From: a virus
Lineage: Duplodnaviria > Caudoviricetes
Virus record (IMG/VR): IMGVR_UViG_3300025160_000002
Coordinates: 1-50,950 of that record
Strand: one strand, 5' to 3'
Length of the DNA: 50,950 nucleotides
Shown here in pieces: positions 35,834-46,565 of this stretch (position 1 is its first letter; each line of letters starts with the position of its first letter). The position numbers were made by a program, and so were the translations under genes. Under the pieces are notes generated by a model. The model did no database searches and was not told the DNA's origin. It was given only the letters and a program-made list of their open reading frames with translations.

Positions 35834-38789
35834 AAGATTTCTTCTGTTTCTTGTCTAACTGCGCTTGTCTTTTCTCTCGTCCGCCACCAAAAAATTCATA
35901 CAAGAATTTACCAGCAACGGGTATATATTTTTGAGAACGGTATGTTTTCTGTTTATCTGGAGTAAGCCCGTAATCTTCTTCATTGTCCAGATACTTAAAT
36001 ATATCCTTACTAACTGTTAAAACAAGATCTAATACAGGTAAAGGAAGTGCGATAGCATCTAGTACAGCGTCACCAGCCTTAGAAAGTTTATCAGCTTCTA
36101 ATATTTTACGAACTACTAATTCTGACCCAGCAAAGTTTTTCCAGAAAGCTACCACTACTTCAGCTGGTAAATCAAGATTTGACGCATCGCGTCCTAATAT
36201 CCAATTAACCAGGTATGCACGACCTACACCTCCTATAGTTAATAAAGCCCCAAACTTAGCAAATTGGGATGTCCCTTCTACAATATTACCTGCTGCAAAT
36301 TGGTTGAAGATATTCCTACGTACATAGTCGAATTGTGTTAGAGTAAACGAACTAAGCATATAGACTAGTCTACCATTAGGATTCTCTAAATACTTTAAAG
36401 GCATTGATGATTTACTAACTGGTTGAATCTCTAACAGTTCCGCCCATACTAAAGCATCCACATCATCAGTTATTCGATTATTTTTTAAATCATCGACCAA
36501 TTTAGCAAAATCATCCCCATAAGCATTAGAGTATTGTTTAGAAAATTTTGCTAAGCCTTTATCAGTCTTAACTAGATTTGTGTATTTTATTAAGGTAGCA
36601 TTTAGGTTAGTAGTTTTACCTAACTGGTCTACTCTTTCAAATTGTACTAATTTTAAAATCTTCTCTAACGCACGAGCACTAAAAGCGGATGACTCAGCTA
36701 GTTCTTCACTAGCTTGTTTAAGCCCTTGTTTAGCTGCTGTTGTAATATCTTTACGTGTAAGAGATTGGAAGGTAGGAATAACACCTTCTCTTACAGCCGT
36801 AAAAAATATGTCCTGTAATTGGGTAACAGCCGATGTTATGTGCCCAAGAAACGCTGCATACCCTATATTACGAAACATAGATACAATCTTATTAGGGGCC
36901 ATTTCTCCTATACCAAATCTAGCTGTTAATAATCTTCGTAGTTCGTCTAGTTTAGCTGCATCCTTAACTAATGTACGATTAGTTAATACGAATTTACTAA
37001 CAGTACCTTCAAGATCTATTGATTGTAGTTCTTTATTATATTTTAAAGATTTACCAAAGAACTTCGCTTTCTCAATATCATATACTGCTCTGCGTACATA
37101 GGCATGAAAGGATTCTTCAAATCCTGCATAGTGTGGTCTAGCTTCTTCAGGAACAATATCACCAAATTTTCTACCTTTAGTAAACCCAGAACGTGCTGGT
37201 TCTCTAGGATATCCTCGTAACCATTTACCAGTAATATCTAGTTTTTCTAGGTCTGTTAGAGCACTTCCCTTTTTACCAGCAGCATCTAGCAGGGCTGTAT
37301 CTAATCCAGACTTTTTAGTATAATCTAATGCTTTTCGTAATTTTTTTATACTCTTAACCATACGAGGTAAATAATCTGTAAGATAAGGTATATCTTTATT
37401 TACATGCTGTTTATATTCTGCATGTAAACTATCTAGGGTTTTACGTACTCCCTTAAAATTCTCTAGTGCTTCAGGGTTATTATGAAATATTCTTTTTATA
37501 GTATTTACATCCCTAGATAACCAAGAATCTTGAAATAATTTTTGGTTGTCTTTAGATAAACCTTTGACTGCTTTAAATAGTTTATTTGCGCCAATAGATA
37601 AATCATATGGACGCTTATGTACATTTTTTTCTAACCGTACAGTATCTAACCAAATCTTTTCATCTATTTTTTTAATGCGACTAAGAATAGGTTCAATCGC
37701 GTCATCGGCCAATGACCCAGATTTCCAAGGTCTCATTCCAACAGGCGTAGCGTCTTCTAGTATTTCTACTGCTGCTTTTTGTGTCCCAGGAATAAACAAA
37801 CCATTAGTTGGAGTGCCCGTTCTAGTCATAGCAGTATTGAAATCCTGCATTTTAATATCTAAACTAGTAAGGGTATCTTGTAATGCTTGAAATCTTGGTT
37901 TACCCTTAGCAACTTCTTCGATAACTTGTTGTTGTACTTTTTCTACAAGTTCAGAAGATTGTTCTGCTAATTTACGCTCTGCTGCTTGTCCTAATTTTCG
38001 AGTAATTAATCCCGCCGCTTTAGTTCCACCAAAAGCAATTAGAGGCGTAAGGACGAAACCAATAGCGCCAGCTTCCCCTACTTGAATTAAATCAAATTCA
38101 TTTTCTCTAGCTGCTTGCCTCATAGCTTCAGAAGCTGCTGTTACTCCTGCTGCTGTTGGTCCTACCTTTTTAAACATATCTACTAAAGTTTTAGCTTTAC
38201 CGACTTGTCCAAAAGGGAGAAAGGTTAATGGGTCTTTAACTGTAGCAGCTAGTTGCCCGACAAGGCTTGCTCCCGTAGTAATATCTTCTGGATTTGTATC
38301 AGGGTGAAGTTGTTGTAATTGTTGTAATTTATATTCACCAATACGTTGTTTCCGTTGGTCAGGAGTTAGGTCATAGAAATCTTCTCCGTACTTATCTGCA
38401 AGAGTTTCAGATATAAGACCTAACGAAAGTCTAGAGGTTACAAAAGGTGCTTGTTCCTTTGCTGTCTCAGTTAAACCAAAAGATGCAGTGGAACTTATAT
38501 CTTGAATTGCTTCACTAATTTTATCACTGTATTTAAGATATACTCCGGGAGCATTCTGGCTGATCCAATCTTGGGCATTATTATAAAAGTTTTGTGGGTC
38601 ATTATCCCATTCATATTTAACTTGCTCAAAGAAAGGAACTTCTTTACCTTCTTCAGCAAAGTCTGGAATACCTGAAGTTTTAATACCACCTACAGATGCA
38701 AATGCAGGTATAGATTCTTCTGCAAAAGCAGGAATCTTATTAGTAGGAGGAATCTCAGGATCAGTAACAGCGAAAGTGGGTAGTGTCAT
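35823..38789 (-). CDS. Large internal virion / DNA ejection protein
   Basis: 988 aa, last of three consecutive ejection-type genes. Confidence 0.7.
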   Translation of the reverse strand: MTLPTFAVTDPEIPPTNKIPAFAEESIPAFASVGGIKTSGIPDFAEEGKEVPFFEQVKYEWDNDPQNFYNNAQDWISQNAPGVYLKYSDKISEAIQDISSTASFGLTETAKEQAPFVTSRLSLGLISETLADKYGEDFYDLTPDQRKQRIGEYKLQQLQQLHPDTNPEDITTGASLVGQLAATVKDPLTFLPFGQVGKAKTLVDMFKKVGPTAAGVTAASEAMRQAARENEFDLIQVGEAGAIGFVLTPLIAFGGTKAAGLITRKLGQAAERKLAEQSSELVEKVQQQVIEEVAKGKPRFQALQDTLTSLDIKMQDFNTAMTRTGTPTNGLFIPGTQKAAVEILEDATPVGMRPWKSGSLADDAIEPILSRIKKIDEKIWLDTVRLEKNVHKRPYDLSIGANKLFKAVKGLSKDNQKLFQDSWLSRDVNTIKRIFHNNPEALENFKGVRKTLDSLHAEYKQHVNKDIPYLTDYLPRMVKSIKKLRKALDYTKKSGLDTALLDAAGKKGSALTDLEKLDITGKWLRGYPREPARSGFTKGRKFGDIVPEEARPHYAGFEESFHAYVRRAVYDIEKAKFFGKSLKYNKELQSIDLEGTVSKFVLTNRTLVKDAAKLDELRRLLTARFGIGEMAPNKIVSMFRNIGYAAFLGHITSAVTQLQDIFFTAVREGVIPTFQSLTRKDITTAAKQGLKQASEELAESSAFSARALEKILKLVQFERVDQLGKTTNLNATLIKYTNLVKTDKGLAKFSKQYSNAYGDDFAKLVDDLKNNRITDDVDALVWAELLEIQPVSKSSMPLKYLENPNGRLVYMLSSFTLTQFDYVRRNIFNQFAAGNIVEGTSQFAKFGALLTIGGVGRAYLVNWILGRDASNLDLPAEVVVAFWKNFAGSELVVRKILEADKLSKAGDAVLDAIALPLPVLDLVLTVSKDIFKYLDNEEDYGLTPDKQKTYRSQKYIPVAGKFLYEFFGGGREKRQAQLDKKQKKSYGL

Positions 38790-39967
38790 TATTCTTTAAC
38801 TTCGGTCCCATCTGCATAATAATATTTACCTTCTGGACTTAAATATAAAGGTTTTCCTGTTTTCTTATGAACAAGAGGTTGTCCCCCCGGGCTTTTAGCA
38901 CGATCTAACATTGGTACATCTTTACCAAACCCATTATTAAGTATAGTTGCTCTTTCGACAGGAGTTATTTCACCCTCTTCAAACGCTGCCGCTACTTCTT
39001 TTTCACTATTAAAATAACGAGCAGGTTTATCAAGTTGCTTATCCCACCACGAAGTCTTTACTGGGGGTAAAGTACGCGACATTAGGTTACCGATAATAGT
39101 ATCTCTAGCCTCTTCATATGAAGGGGGTTCTTCTCCTTGGTTAACTGCTTTCTGTTGTTCATCTAATATACCATTTGCAATAGATACTTTAAGACTATTA
39201 AGTTGATCTGGTTTCATGCCTTCAAATTCAGTGATTGAAGCTAAGTATGCTCCAGCTTGTTGAATATCCGTAGGTCCAGCTTTTTTAGGAGTCTTAGGTT
39301 TAATACCCCCTTTACGTTCTGTTGCAGCTTTAATACTTTCTCTAGATTTAGTAAGTTCAGTCCATTGTTGTAATTGAACTTCTTTATTACGACCTAACAT
39401 CATCATTTGTTCGTCATTTAGTTCTTGTACATCACCATCCTTTTGGGTCACTTTAACATTCCCGTTAGGTAGCATTTCTAAATTTTGAACTTGATTTTCC
39501 TTATCAGCGTATTTATTAAATAAGCCGATAGTACCTTTAATATCTTTGGTTGCTTTAAGATAATCCCAAGCTCTTGTAACAACCTCAGTATTTAAAAGAT
39601 CCTTTTTAAGTGGTTGTGCTTTGACTTTTAATTCTAAATCTAAATTGGCTGAATCTAATTGATTTTTAGCAGTTTCTAAACTTAGTTGAGTTTGACGAAA
39701 AGCGTTAGCTTTCTCTGGAGAGATTGCATCTAACTTTGTAGCATATAGCTCTGGATCAAACTTAGTAGTTGTGTCTACTCCTAGATCAGGTAAATCTGGA
39801 TTAGTAGATCTTGGTGTTTGTGTAGTTACAAAAGAAGTATCTCTAGCTGTTCTTATATCTTCTTTCTCTTTGCGTTGTTGTCGAACCTCAGCTAACTGCT
39901 CCAAGGTTAAAGCTCCTTGGACACCCTTCATGAAACTATCGTATAGATTAGGAGCTTGATAAGGCAT
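38789..39967 (-). CDS. Internal virion / ejection protein
   Basis: Synteny; helical, Q/E/K-rich. Confidence 0.65.
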   Translation of the reverse strand: MPYQAPNLYDSFMKGVQGALTLEQLAEVRQQRKEKEDIRTARDTSFVTTQTPRSTNPDLPDLGVDTTTKFDPELYATKLDAISPEKANAFRQTQLSLETAKNQLDSANLDLELKVKAQPLKKDLLNTEVVTRAWDYLKATKDIKGTIGLFNKYADKENQVQNLEMLPNGNVKVTQKDGDVQELNDEQMMMLGRNKEVQLQQWTELTKSRESIKAATERKGGIKPKTPKKAGPTDIQQAGAYLASITEFEGMKPDQLNSLKVSIANGILDEQQKAVNQGEEPPSYEEARDTIIGNLMSRTLPPVKTSWWDKQLDKPARYFNSEKEVAAAFEEGEITPVERATILNNGFGKDVPMLDRAKSPGGQPLVHKKTGKPLYLSPEGKYYYADGTEVKE

Positions 39968-41124
39968 TATAGCATTCCATAATTAACGTGTTTAATACCA
40001 TTAATTTCTTTAACTGCTTCAGGCATAACTTTTTCTACTTCCTGAGCTATAACCCCTATAAATTTCTTAGCACTATTTATATAATTAAATTCATACACAT
40101 TAATACCAGGAATATGTTCTCTAATATATTTAAGATTTTCTTTAATTCTGATATCAGACTTAGCGAACATCTGCCCCCCCAAGCTCATTAAGTCACTACC
40201 CATTTGTCCTTGAGCTGAAGCTTTACCTAGTCCTCCTTCTAACAGACCATGAGCCGCTTGGCCAGATGTTTGTGTAGCTGCTCCTGCCAGATTAGATGCA
40301 GCATTTACACCTAATGAAGCGATATTATATCTGCGAGTAAACTCATCTGCATAAGTTTGTTGTGCTAGCCCAGAAGCATATTTAGTAAGTTCTTGTAATA
40401 CATTACCACTACCTCTATAACCAGAGGCAGCAGCAGAGCGATTAACAGCTTCTAGGCCTTGGTCTCTAGTAAATTGATATCCAGGAGTTTGTTCTAAAGC
40501 TTGCAACGCAGACATAGTATTACCTGCATCTTGGCCTTGCACGGTATTAGTGTTTCCAGCTACTTCATTACCCTGTGAGGCACCAAGTTTTTCATTTTGT
40601 GCCATGAGGTTGGTTCTATAATTATTATACACTTCAGCAGGATCTTCAATGTATGGATCATAGTTTTGCCGCCACCATTCGTCAAATTCAAGAACTTGCT
40701 GTGGTTGGCCTTGCCCACTTGAGGAAGTAAACATTTCAGGATATTTATCCCTGAGTGTAGATTCTGCTACATTAACTCCCACGACGGGTTCTGTTCCTAG
40801 ACTCGGATCCCATTGTCCCTCTGCTTTCCACTGTTGCAGAGCTTTATTTAATTGGAACTGCTTCCGCATTTCATCATCAATACCAGTACTAGAAGAAGGT
40901 TGTTGAGCCATTTGTGGTAAAGATGTACCTCCTCCCATTAAAGAAGCCATACCACCTAATCCATACTGTTGTCCAAATTGATTATAAGGACTAAGTGCTG
41001 CCTCAGCTCTACCGTAACCAGTCTCTGCTTTACCAGCAGCAGCATCTCCGGCTTTCTTGGCTGTTTTACCAGCCTGATTAGCCATAATAGCTCCAGCTGC
41101 TACGACTGCGACGACGGCTGGCAT
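39967..41124 (-). CDS. DNA transfer/pilot protein with C-terminal peptidase S74-like domain
   Basis: Ala/Gly-rich; PGYQF..DQG...SAAASG..GSG; SDIRIKEN...GVIAQEV...VNYG. Confidence 0.75.
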   Translation of the reverse strand: MPAVVAVVAAGAIMANQAGKTAKKAGDAAAGKAETGYGRAEAALSPYNQFGQQYGLGGMASLMGGGTSLPQMAQQPSSSTGIDDEMRKQFQLNKALQQWKAEGQWDPSLGTEPVVGVNVAESTLRDKYPEMFTSSSGQGQPQQVLEFDEWWRQNYDPYIEDPAEVYNNYRTNLMAQNEKLGASQGNEVAGNTNTVQGQDAGNTMSALQALEQTPGYQFTRDQGLEAVNRSAAASGYRGSGNVLQELTKYASGLAQQTYADEFTRRYNIASLGVNAASNLAGAATQTSGQAAHGLLEGGLGKASAQGQMGSDLMSLGGQMFAKSDIRIKENLKYIREHIPGINVYEFNYINSAKKFIGVIAQEVEKVMPEAVKEINGIKHVNYGML

Positions 41125-41606
41125 TATAGTATACCTTTGTTCATAGTAGATAACTCCAATTCTGATAGAATACCATCATAATATATACCATTTTTTAACC
41201 ACATGTTGTTGATCGTTTTAATGTATTTAAATTTGAAAAAAGTAGCAAACTTCTGAGCATCTGTGTGACACGTAGGAATGGTTGTTTGTAATTTATAACA
41301 TTTACCAATTTCTTGTATAAGAATATTAGTTTGTTGAGTTGCTCTTATTGCAACTCTACCTCTATACTTATGCAAGATAGTGATATGCGGGGTATACGCA
41401 CCATCTTCTAAATATTCATACATATTAAAACCTACTAAATTATTATCCTTTTCTATTTTAAAAAAAATATGCTTGTCAAATGAATATGGAATGATCTCGT
41501 CTAATTTATCTTTATATGAGGCTTCTTTATCTGATGCTATTTCATCCCACAGTTCTAACATCACACTTTTTATTAGAAATACATCTTGCGTAGGTTCTAT
41601 ATTCAT
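41124..41606 (-). CDS. GNAT-fold virion assembly protein
   Basis: HITILHKYRGR, FKFKY; precedes the ejection genes. Confidence 0.65.
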   Translation of the reverse strand: MNIEPTQDVFLIKSVMLELWDEIASDKEASYKDKLDEIIPYSFDKHIFFKIEKDNNLVGFNMYEYLEDGAYTPHITILHKYRGRVAIRATQQTNILIQEIGKCYKLQTTIPTCHTDAQKFATFFKFKYIKTINNMWLKNGIYYDGILSELELSTMNKGIL

Positions 41607-42607
41607 AACTGTTTACCACGATAATCTACCCACCCATGAAGAACCACAGCTACACTTGTACCTGCGAATGAAGCACTTAATCTATACCGTATTTGACGAC
41701 TAGTGTTAGTTCTAATACTTAAATATATACTATCAAAATATATTAGTGATGTGAGAGCAATGTTTATAAAAACATTATAAACAGTACCACTAGGTGCAGT
41801 ATCTGTTTGATCTAAAGAAGTTAATAAGCAGTAAACAGCACCATCATCAGCATCACTTGTTAAACTGGCTGTTATTAAGGCATTAACTTGAATACCAGCT
41901 GGAATATTTGTCAACGTCTTAGTAACAGCACTTGTTCCTGGGTTCGATTCAGCGAACTCATTCATAGGAGTTTTTAATAAAAATTCGTCTCCAAACTGAG
42001 AGAATGGAACTATAGTTGCACTAGCTCTTATTATAGACCCGATTCTACGTTTTAAACTATAGGACGAGGGCATAGTAGGAGCAGTTGCTGAAGTAGAGAA
42101 TAGAACATCTACTACTCCAGTATCAGTTCGCTTTATCAAAAATACATGATATGTAGTATTAGCTATTGATCCAGTATCTAATCCCCCTTGATTTGTCCCG
42201 ACTGCCCAAGCAGCATCTAATCGTTTAGTTATACCATTAACTAAAATCATAGTAACACCAGTATCAGAAGATGTAGCTTCCCCGGTAGCTATATCAATAT
42301 CATTTGTTGCATCAGTTGCATTATTGGATAACGTAAGTCCCCCTATGTGTCCTCTAGGGGCCACACTAGATGCCGGACTTACAGTTGCACCACCAACTCC
42401 TATTCCTAAAGCCCCTTCATCAGTTAAAAATACAAGTCCATTTTCTAGGTCTGCGGCAGGTAAGTCTACTGAGTCAAATGCAGGGACATAGATAATATTA
42501 TTCCGTCCACCGCCTAAACGAATATATACTTTATTTAACCACTGAAGAATGGTTGGTATATCTTCTACTACAGGGGGAGGAGGAAGATTAATAAACTCAT
42601 TTGTCAT
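41603..42607 (-). CDS. Tail fibre-like protein
   Basis: GLTLSNN, KRLDAAWAVGTNQGGLDTG, RRIGS. Confidence 0.7.
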   Translation of the reverse strand: MTNEFINLPPPPVVEDIPTILQWLNKVYIRLGGGRNNIIYVPAFDSVDLPAADLENGLVFLTDEGALGIGVGGATVSPASSVAPRGHIGGLTLSNNATDATNDIDIATGEATSSDTGVTMILVNGITKRLDAAWAVGTNQGGLDTGSIANTTYHVFLIKRTDTGVVDVLFSTSATAPTMPSSYSLKRRIGSIIRASATIVPFSQFGDEFLLKTPMNEFAESNPGTSAVTKTLTNIPAGIQVNALITASLTSDADDGAVYCLLTSLDQTDTAPSGTVYNVFINIALTSLIYFDSIYLSIRTNTSRQIRYRLSASFAGTSVAVVLHGWVDYRGKQL

Positions 42608-44067
42608 TACTTCATCCCTAGATCTAAGTCAAGTATTAAAGAATACAGTTTAAGGTTATTAGCACCAGTATAGCTAAGTTTAAAAGCTCTTTCATAAAAA
42701 GAACCTAATCCTGTTAATTTGCTATCATATTTATTAATGTCTAATGTTCTAGCAGTAGAATAAGTTTGGTAGTCATCATCAGTATATGATATACTAATAT
42801 TCGTTGTACTTCCTGGATTGTCAGAACTAACTGCTAATTGTGAACAGAACTTTCTTATATGGCTAGTATCTTGTTTTGCAGATACATTGTCTATTTTAGG
42901 AGTAATAATAGTAAATGCTGGATTAGTGCTAGTATCATCACCTATTCCTGATATGCTAGAAACTATTGGGCTAGTACCTACTACTACTTTACTAGAACCA
43001 ATACCACTAACTGCACCTCGCTGATAAGTTACTGTCCAATGATACCAGATATTATCAGAGATATCATATACTAATGAATAACTATTACTCCAATTATCTT
43101 GAACTATTAAAAAAGCTTTATTCTTATATGTAACAATTCCACGTATAACAGTATCCCCGTTATCCAGTAATAAATAATCTATTGCTGGTGTAGATATACG
43201 TTCGAGTTTAAAACTATCTAAAGCATATATTCCAACTGCACCCCCTTGAGGTTTACCAACAAAAAATAAAGTATCCCCGTATGATGCAACCATAGATTTA
43301 GAGCTTTTTTCTGTTTCTGCGAGAGTCTGAGATACCAGTCCTACTTTATAAAAAATATCAGAGCGTCTACTAAAAGGACTTCCGGTTGGGTTACCGGCAT
43401 TATAGAAAAACTCTATACTACCTTGACCAAAAGCTACTATATGATTTTTATGTTTAGCTAGATAAACCAGTTTATCAGATTCTAATTGTGCAGCTATGAA
43501 GTTAGTAGATGTCCAAGCAGTCATGGAACCTAAATCAGAATTATAAATTCTACTATCTACACCAACATTGGCAGCTATACAAATATACCCATCTAATTGA
43601 ACTACTCCAGGTACCACTTCCGTTGATGCTACTTTAATAGGCATATCTGAATCGGTGATTTCTGTTAAACCAGCAGTTGATTTCGTAATTCTATAATCCG
43701 AATTAGTAGTTCCTCCAGAAGGAGCCCCGCCATGAAGATAAACATACGTCTCATCCTCCGCCCATGTTACCCCATCTTTGGTATATAAATTAGTAGCTGT
43801 GGACCCTTCTACCGCATTCTTCCATACAGATAAGGCGCTATCAACCCACCATACATTCCCACTTGAATCAATGAAAGGAGCAAAGATTTCAGAACGTGTA
43901 GGATTGGTAGCACTATCATCACTGTAGGAGACATAACCAGGACGTTTAGTTATACCTTTGCGTAACCCATCATTAAATATATACCCGTTATGAATCTTAC
44001 ATGCATCCCTTGAACTAATAGCAGATTCAGATTTAGGGAATTCTCCTAAAGGAGATACATATCTCAT
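42607..44067 (-). CDS. Tail hub / DNA stabilisation protein (P22 gp10-like)
   Basis: KRPG, LDGY, FGQGSIEFFYNAG, ISTPAID, ISYTDD. Confidence 0.8.
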   Translation of the reverse strand: MRYVSPLGEFPKSESAISSRDACKIHNGYIFNDGLRKGITKRPGYVSYSDDSATNPTRSEIFAPFIDSSGNVWWVDSALSVWKNAVEGSTATNLYTKDGVTWAEDETYVYLHGGAPSGGTTNSDYRITKSTAGLTEITDSDMPIKVASTEVVPGVVQLDGYICIAANVGVDSRIYNSDLGSMTAWTSTNFIAAQLESDKLVYLAKHKNHIVAFGQGSIEFFYNAGNPTGSPFSRRSDIFYKVGLVSQTLAETEKSSKSMVASYGDTLFFVGKPQGGAVGIYALDSFKLERISTPAIDYLLLDNGDTVIRGIVTYKNKAFLIVQDNWSNSYSLVYDISDNIWYHWTVTYQRGAVSGIGSSKVVVGTSPIVSSISGIGDDTSTNPAFTIITPKIDNVSAKQDTSHIRKFCSQLAVSSDNPGSTTNISISYTDDDYQTYSTARTLDINKYDSKLTGLGSFYERAFKLSYTGANNLKLYSLILDLDLGMK

Positions 44068-44069
44068 TA

Positions 44070-45020
44070 TTAATAATTCCTGTAATTAGGTCTGACAAAG
44101 ATTGAAGTTCCTTGTTCTCTATCCCATCCTTCAGCTTCTATTAATGCAAAGCCTGCTTCGTCTCGTAATGTATTACGTTCCCCTAAAGATAGTCTATACT
44201 TTCTAGATAATCTATAAGCTAATCCTAAATATAATGCTTCATACCATTCTTGTGGAAAATCAGGAGTATCTCCGGCTGCATCAAAATCTTCTAGTGTACG
44301 TTTACAAAGCATTTCTAGTGTTTCAGTTTCATCGTCTGGTTCATTATAAACAGAGATAATACTAGATGCTAAATTAGGTTGAAACTGAATTTGATTAACT
44401 TTTCCTGTAGTTGTTTTAATGGGTAGATTATGATAATCTGTTCTAGCTATAATCTCAATAGGAATTTCTTGGAGATCTTTTGTTTTACGTGTTACATCTA
44501 AGATAGATTTAATACGTAATGCATTTACTTTAGCTATATACACATATACTATATTATCAACGGCTGCTGCACCAGTTAATGCAGTTGTTAAAGTAACAGT
44601 AGTACCAGAAGGAGCACCGTTAACTGTAGTCCATTGTACTGTTCCATCATCTAGTTCAACTCCAATAGCATACCCCGTTGATATACCAGTAGCAGAATCT
44701 ACACTAATAGTCGTCGCACTAGAGGCAGCAGCCGCTGCTAAAGCAGTGCGTGTTACACCACTAGTTAGAGCAATATGATCCGTACCAGTAGTATATGCAA
44801 CTTTATCCTCTTCTAAAAATAGAGTTACTTTATCTACTGCCCATAAATTAATACCTCGTCCAACCATAGCTTTAACCATGATATTAAGAGTACGTGAATG
44901 GTCTGTAAGTTGATCGGCTGTAGGAGCACCACCTTCAGGTAGTACACCAATAGTCATTAATGCTTCTTCTATAATGTCATCACGAGATACGGAGAAATCT
45001 ATACTGCCTGATGTGCTCAC
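44070..45020 (-). CDS. Head-tail adaptor (P22 gp4-like)
   Basis: SRDDIIEEAL..IGV, DFPQEWYEALYLGLAYRL; GTG start. Confidence 0.72.
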   Translation of the reverse strand: MSTSGSIDFSVSRDDIIEEALMTIGVLPEGGAPTADQLTDHSRTLNIMVKAMVGRGINLWAVDKVTLFLEEDKVAYTTGTDHIALTSGVTRTALAAAAASSATTISVDSATGISTGYAIGVELDDGTVQWTTVNGAPSGTTVTLTTALTGAAAVDNIVYVYIAKVNALRIKSILDVTRKTKDLQEIPIEIIARTDYHNLPIKTTTGKVNQIQFQPNLASSIISVYNEPDDETETLEMLCKRTLEDFDAAGDTPDFPQEWYEALYLGLAYRLSRKYRLSLGERNTLRDEAGFALIEAEGWDREQGTSIFVRPNYRNY

Positions 45021-45021
45021 C

Positions 45022-45774
45022 CTATGCTACCTCGTATGAACCAGAAACTACAATGACTGCTCCGTTAGCACCGGGATAAGCACCAGTATGAAAATATGTT
45101 CTAGCTATAGTAGTTGATGAGGATGCTTGTAATATAGACACAGTACTATCATCAGTAATTCCCCGATCTTGCCCAACAAATGTGTGTTCTACCGAAGCAG
45201 CACATGCGGAAGGTAACGTAAAACCAATATAACCAGCACCGGTACCATTAGTCGTAATCGTCAATACTACAGCAAAATGGATAATTTTACCCTGTTTAAG
45301 CCACCTACCTGTCCCTGAAGCAGTTGTTATTGTACCTGATCCTGAGGAAATTGTTGGGGTATAAGCTGCCCACGCGCCATCATCAGGTATAATACCTAAT
45401 GCTGTTTGTGCTGCCCCTTTACTTGAAGCTCCTGTTCCACCATCTGTTAAAGGAACATCAGTACCACCTGCTCTATAAAGTTCATTACCTTCTACAGCTA
45501 GAGTTCCAGCAGAGGCTCTAGTAATTGTGGTATCAGTAGCATGCCCAACTTCTATTCCTGTAAATTGTGGACTATCCCCAGTACCTAATCCAAGGCTTGT
45601 ACGTGCAGTTGCGCCTGCCTCTTTAACAAAATTAGTTCCATCAGATACTAGTATTGTCCCGTCTGCACCAACAGATGACATAGCATTAAATATATCATAT
45701 ACTAATGCATCTACATCATTAGCCCATGCTGCTTCTATTACTGTTTCTTTTGCTGTAAAAGTTGTCGTAGTCAT
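45022..45774 (-). CDS. Short tail fibre / needle-like protein
   Basis: ARTSLGLG, GGTGA, WAAYTPT, GRW...GK. Confidence 0.65.
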   Translation of the reverse strand: MTTTTFTAKETVIEAAWANDVDALVYDIFNAMSSVGADGTILVSDGTNFVKEAGATARTSLGLGTGDSPQFTGIEVGHATDTTITRASAGTLAVEGNELYRAGGTDVPLTDGGTGASSKGAAQTALGIIPDDGAWAAYTPTISSGSGTITTASGTGRWLKQGKIIHFAVVLTITTNGTGAGYIGFTLPSACAASVEHTFVGQDRGITDDSTVSILQASSSTTIARTYFHTGAYPGANGAVIVVSGSYEVA

Positions 45775-46121
45775 AGTGTCGTTGTGTGAAATGTACCAAG
45801 GGGCATTTCTATTTCTTCTTTGTTAATATCATATCCTACAATTGAACATCCTGCTACTGCATATCCTACAACTGCTGACCTACCAGATACTGTGCAAACT
45901 CCAGTGATGAATACATCTGCTGGTTCTGGTCGAGTAAAAGGAAGAGGTAAATCATCCTTAGCTGGAGGGCGTGGATAATCTAGTGGGTGTCTCTCTTCCC
46001 AATCTTCTGAGCAAACTAAAAGCCCATTCCAAAGTCTACGAATCTCTGAAGATTTTACTTTTTTCCTACAAATTTCACAGATACAATTCCATTCATAGGG
46101 GGCAGCGTAGTCTTTACTCAT
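45771..46121 (-). CDS. Conserved Zn-binding protein of the structural module
   Basis: CEIC...WNGLLVC..DWEERHP. Confidence 0.75.
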   Translation of the reverse strand: MSKDYAAPYEWNCICEICRKKVKSSEIRRLWNGLLVCSEDWEERHPLDYPRPPAKDDLPLPFTRPEPADVFITGVCTVSGRSAVVGYAVAGCSIVGYDINKEEIEMPLGTFHTTTL

Positions 46122-46548
46122 AATTCTTTTCCAAATATTTAGCAGCAGATAAAAGATTATTTATATTATCCATAAAACTTCCAAGCCCATAATTACACTT
46201 AGCACAAAGCAATCCTCTTATTTCTCCTGTTTTATGGCAGTGGTCTACTGAAAGCATAGTAGGTTCTTTACTTCTACTAAGTCTTGTTTCTTCTTGACCA
46301 CAAATAGCGCAAACATAGTTTTGATCTTTAAGCATTTCAAGATATTTTTCATAAGTCATTCCATAATGTTCTCTTAAAAATTTATCTTTACGCTTAACTT
46401 TAACCCCTTCTTTTTGTCTTGCCTTTTTATGCCATATTGCTACCTTATCCTTATTCTTTTTTCTCCATCTTTTGGTAGCTTCGTTTAATTGGGCTTTCCT
46501 TCTAGGAGAAGCATTTTTGTATTCATTTCTTATATATTGTTTACTCAA
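46114..46548 (-). CDS. Endonuclease VII-like free-standing nuclease
   Basis: YGMT, QNYVCAIC, VDHCHKTGEIRGLLCAKCN.GLG; TTG start. Confidence 0.9.
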   Translation of the reverse strand: MSKQYIRNEYKNASPRRKAQLNEATKRWRKKNKDKVAIWHKKARQKEGVKVKRKDKFLREHYGMTYEKYLEMLKDQNYVCAICGQEETRLSRSKEPTMLSVDHCHKTGEIRGLLCAKCNYGLGSFMDNINNLLSAAKYLEKNYE

Positions 46549-46565
46549 AGTTTTCTATGTACTAC

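Noticed and set aside
35983-37890. Plus-strand ORFs antisense to the large virion gene (and similar shadow ORFs elsewhere)
   Set aside because: They are antisense shadows of real genes with no RBS or motifs.
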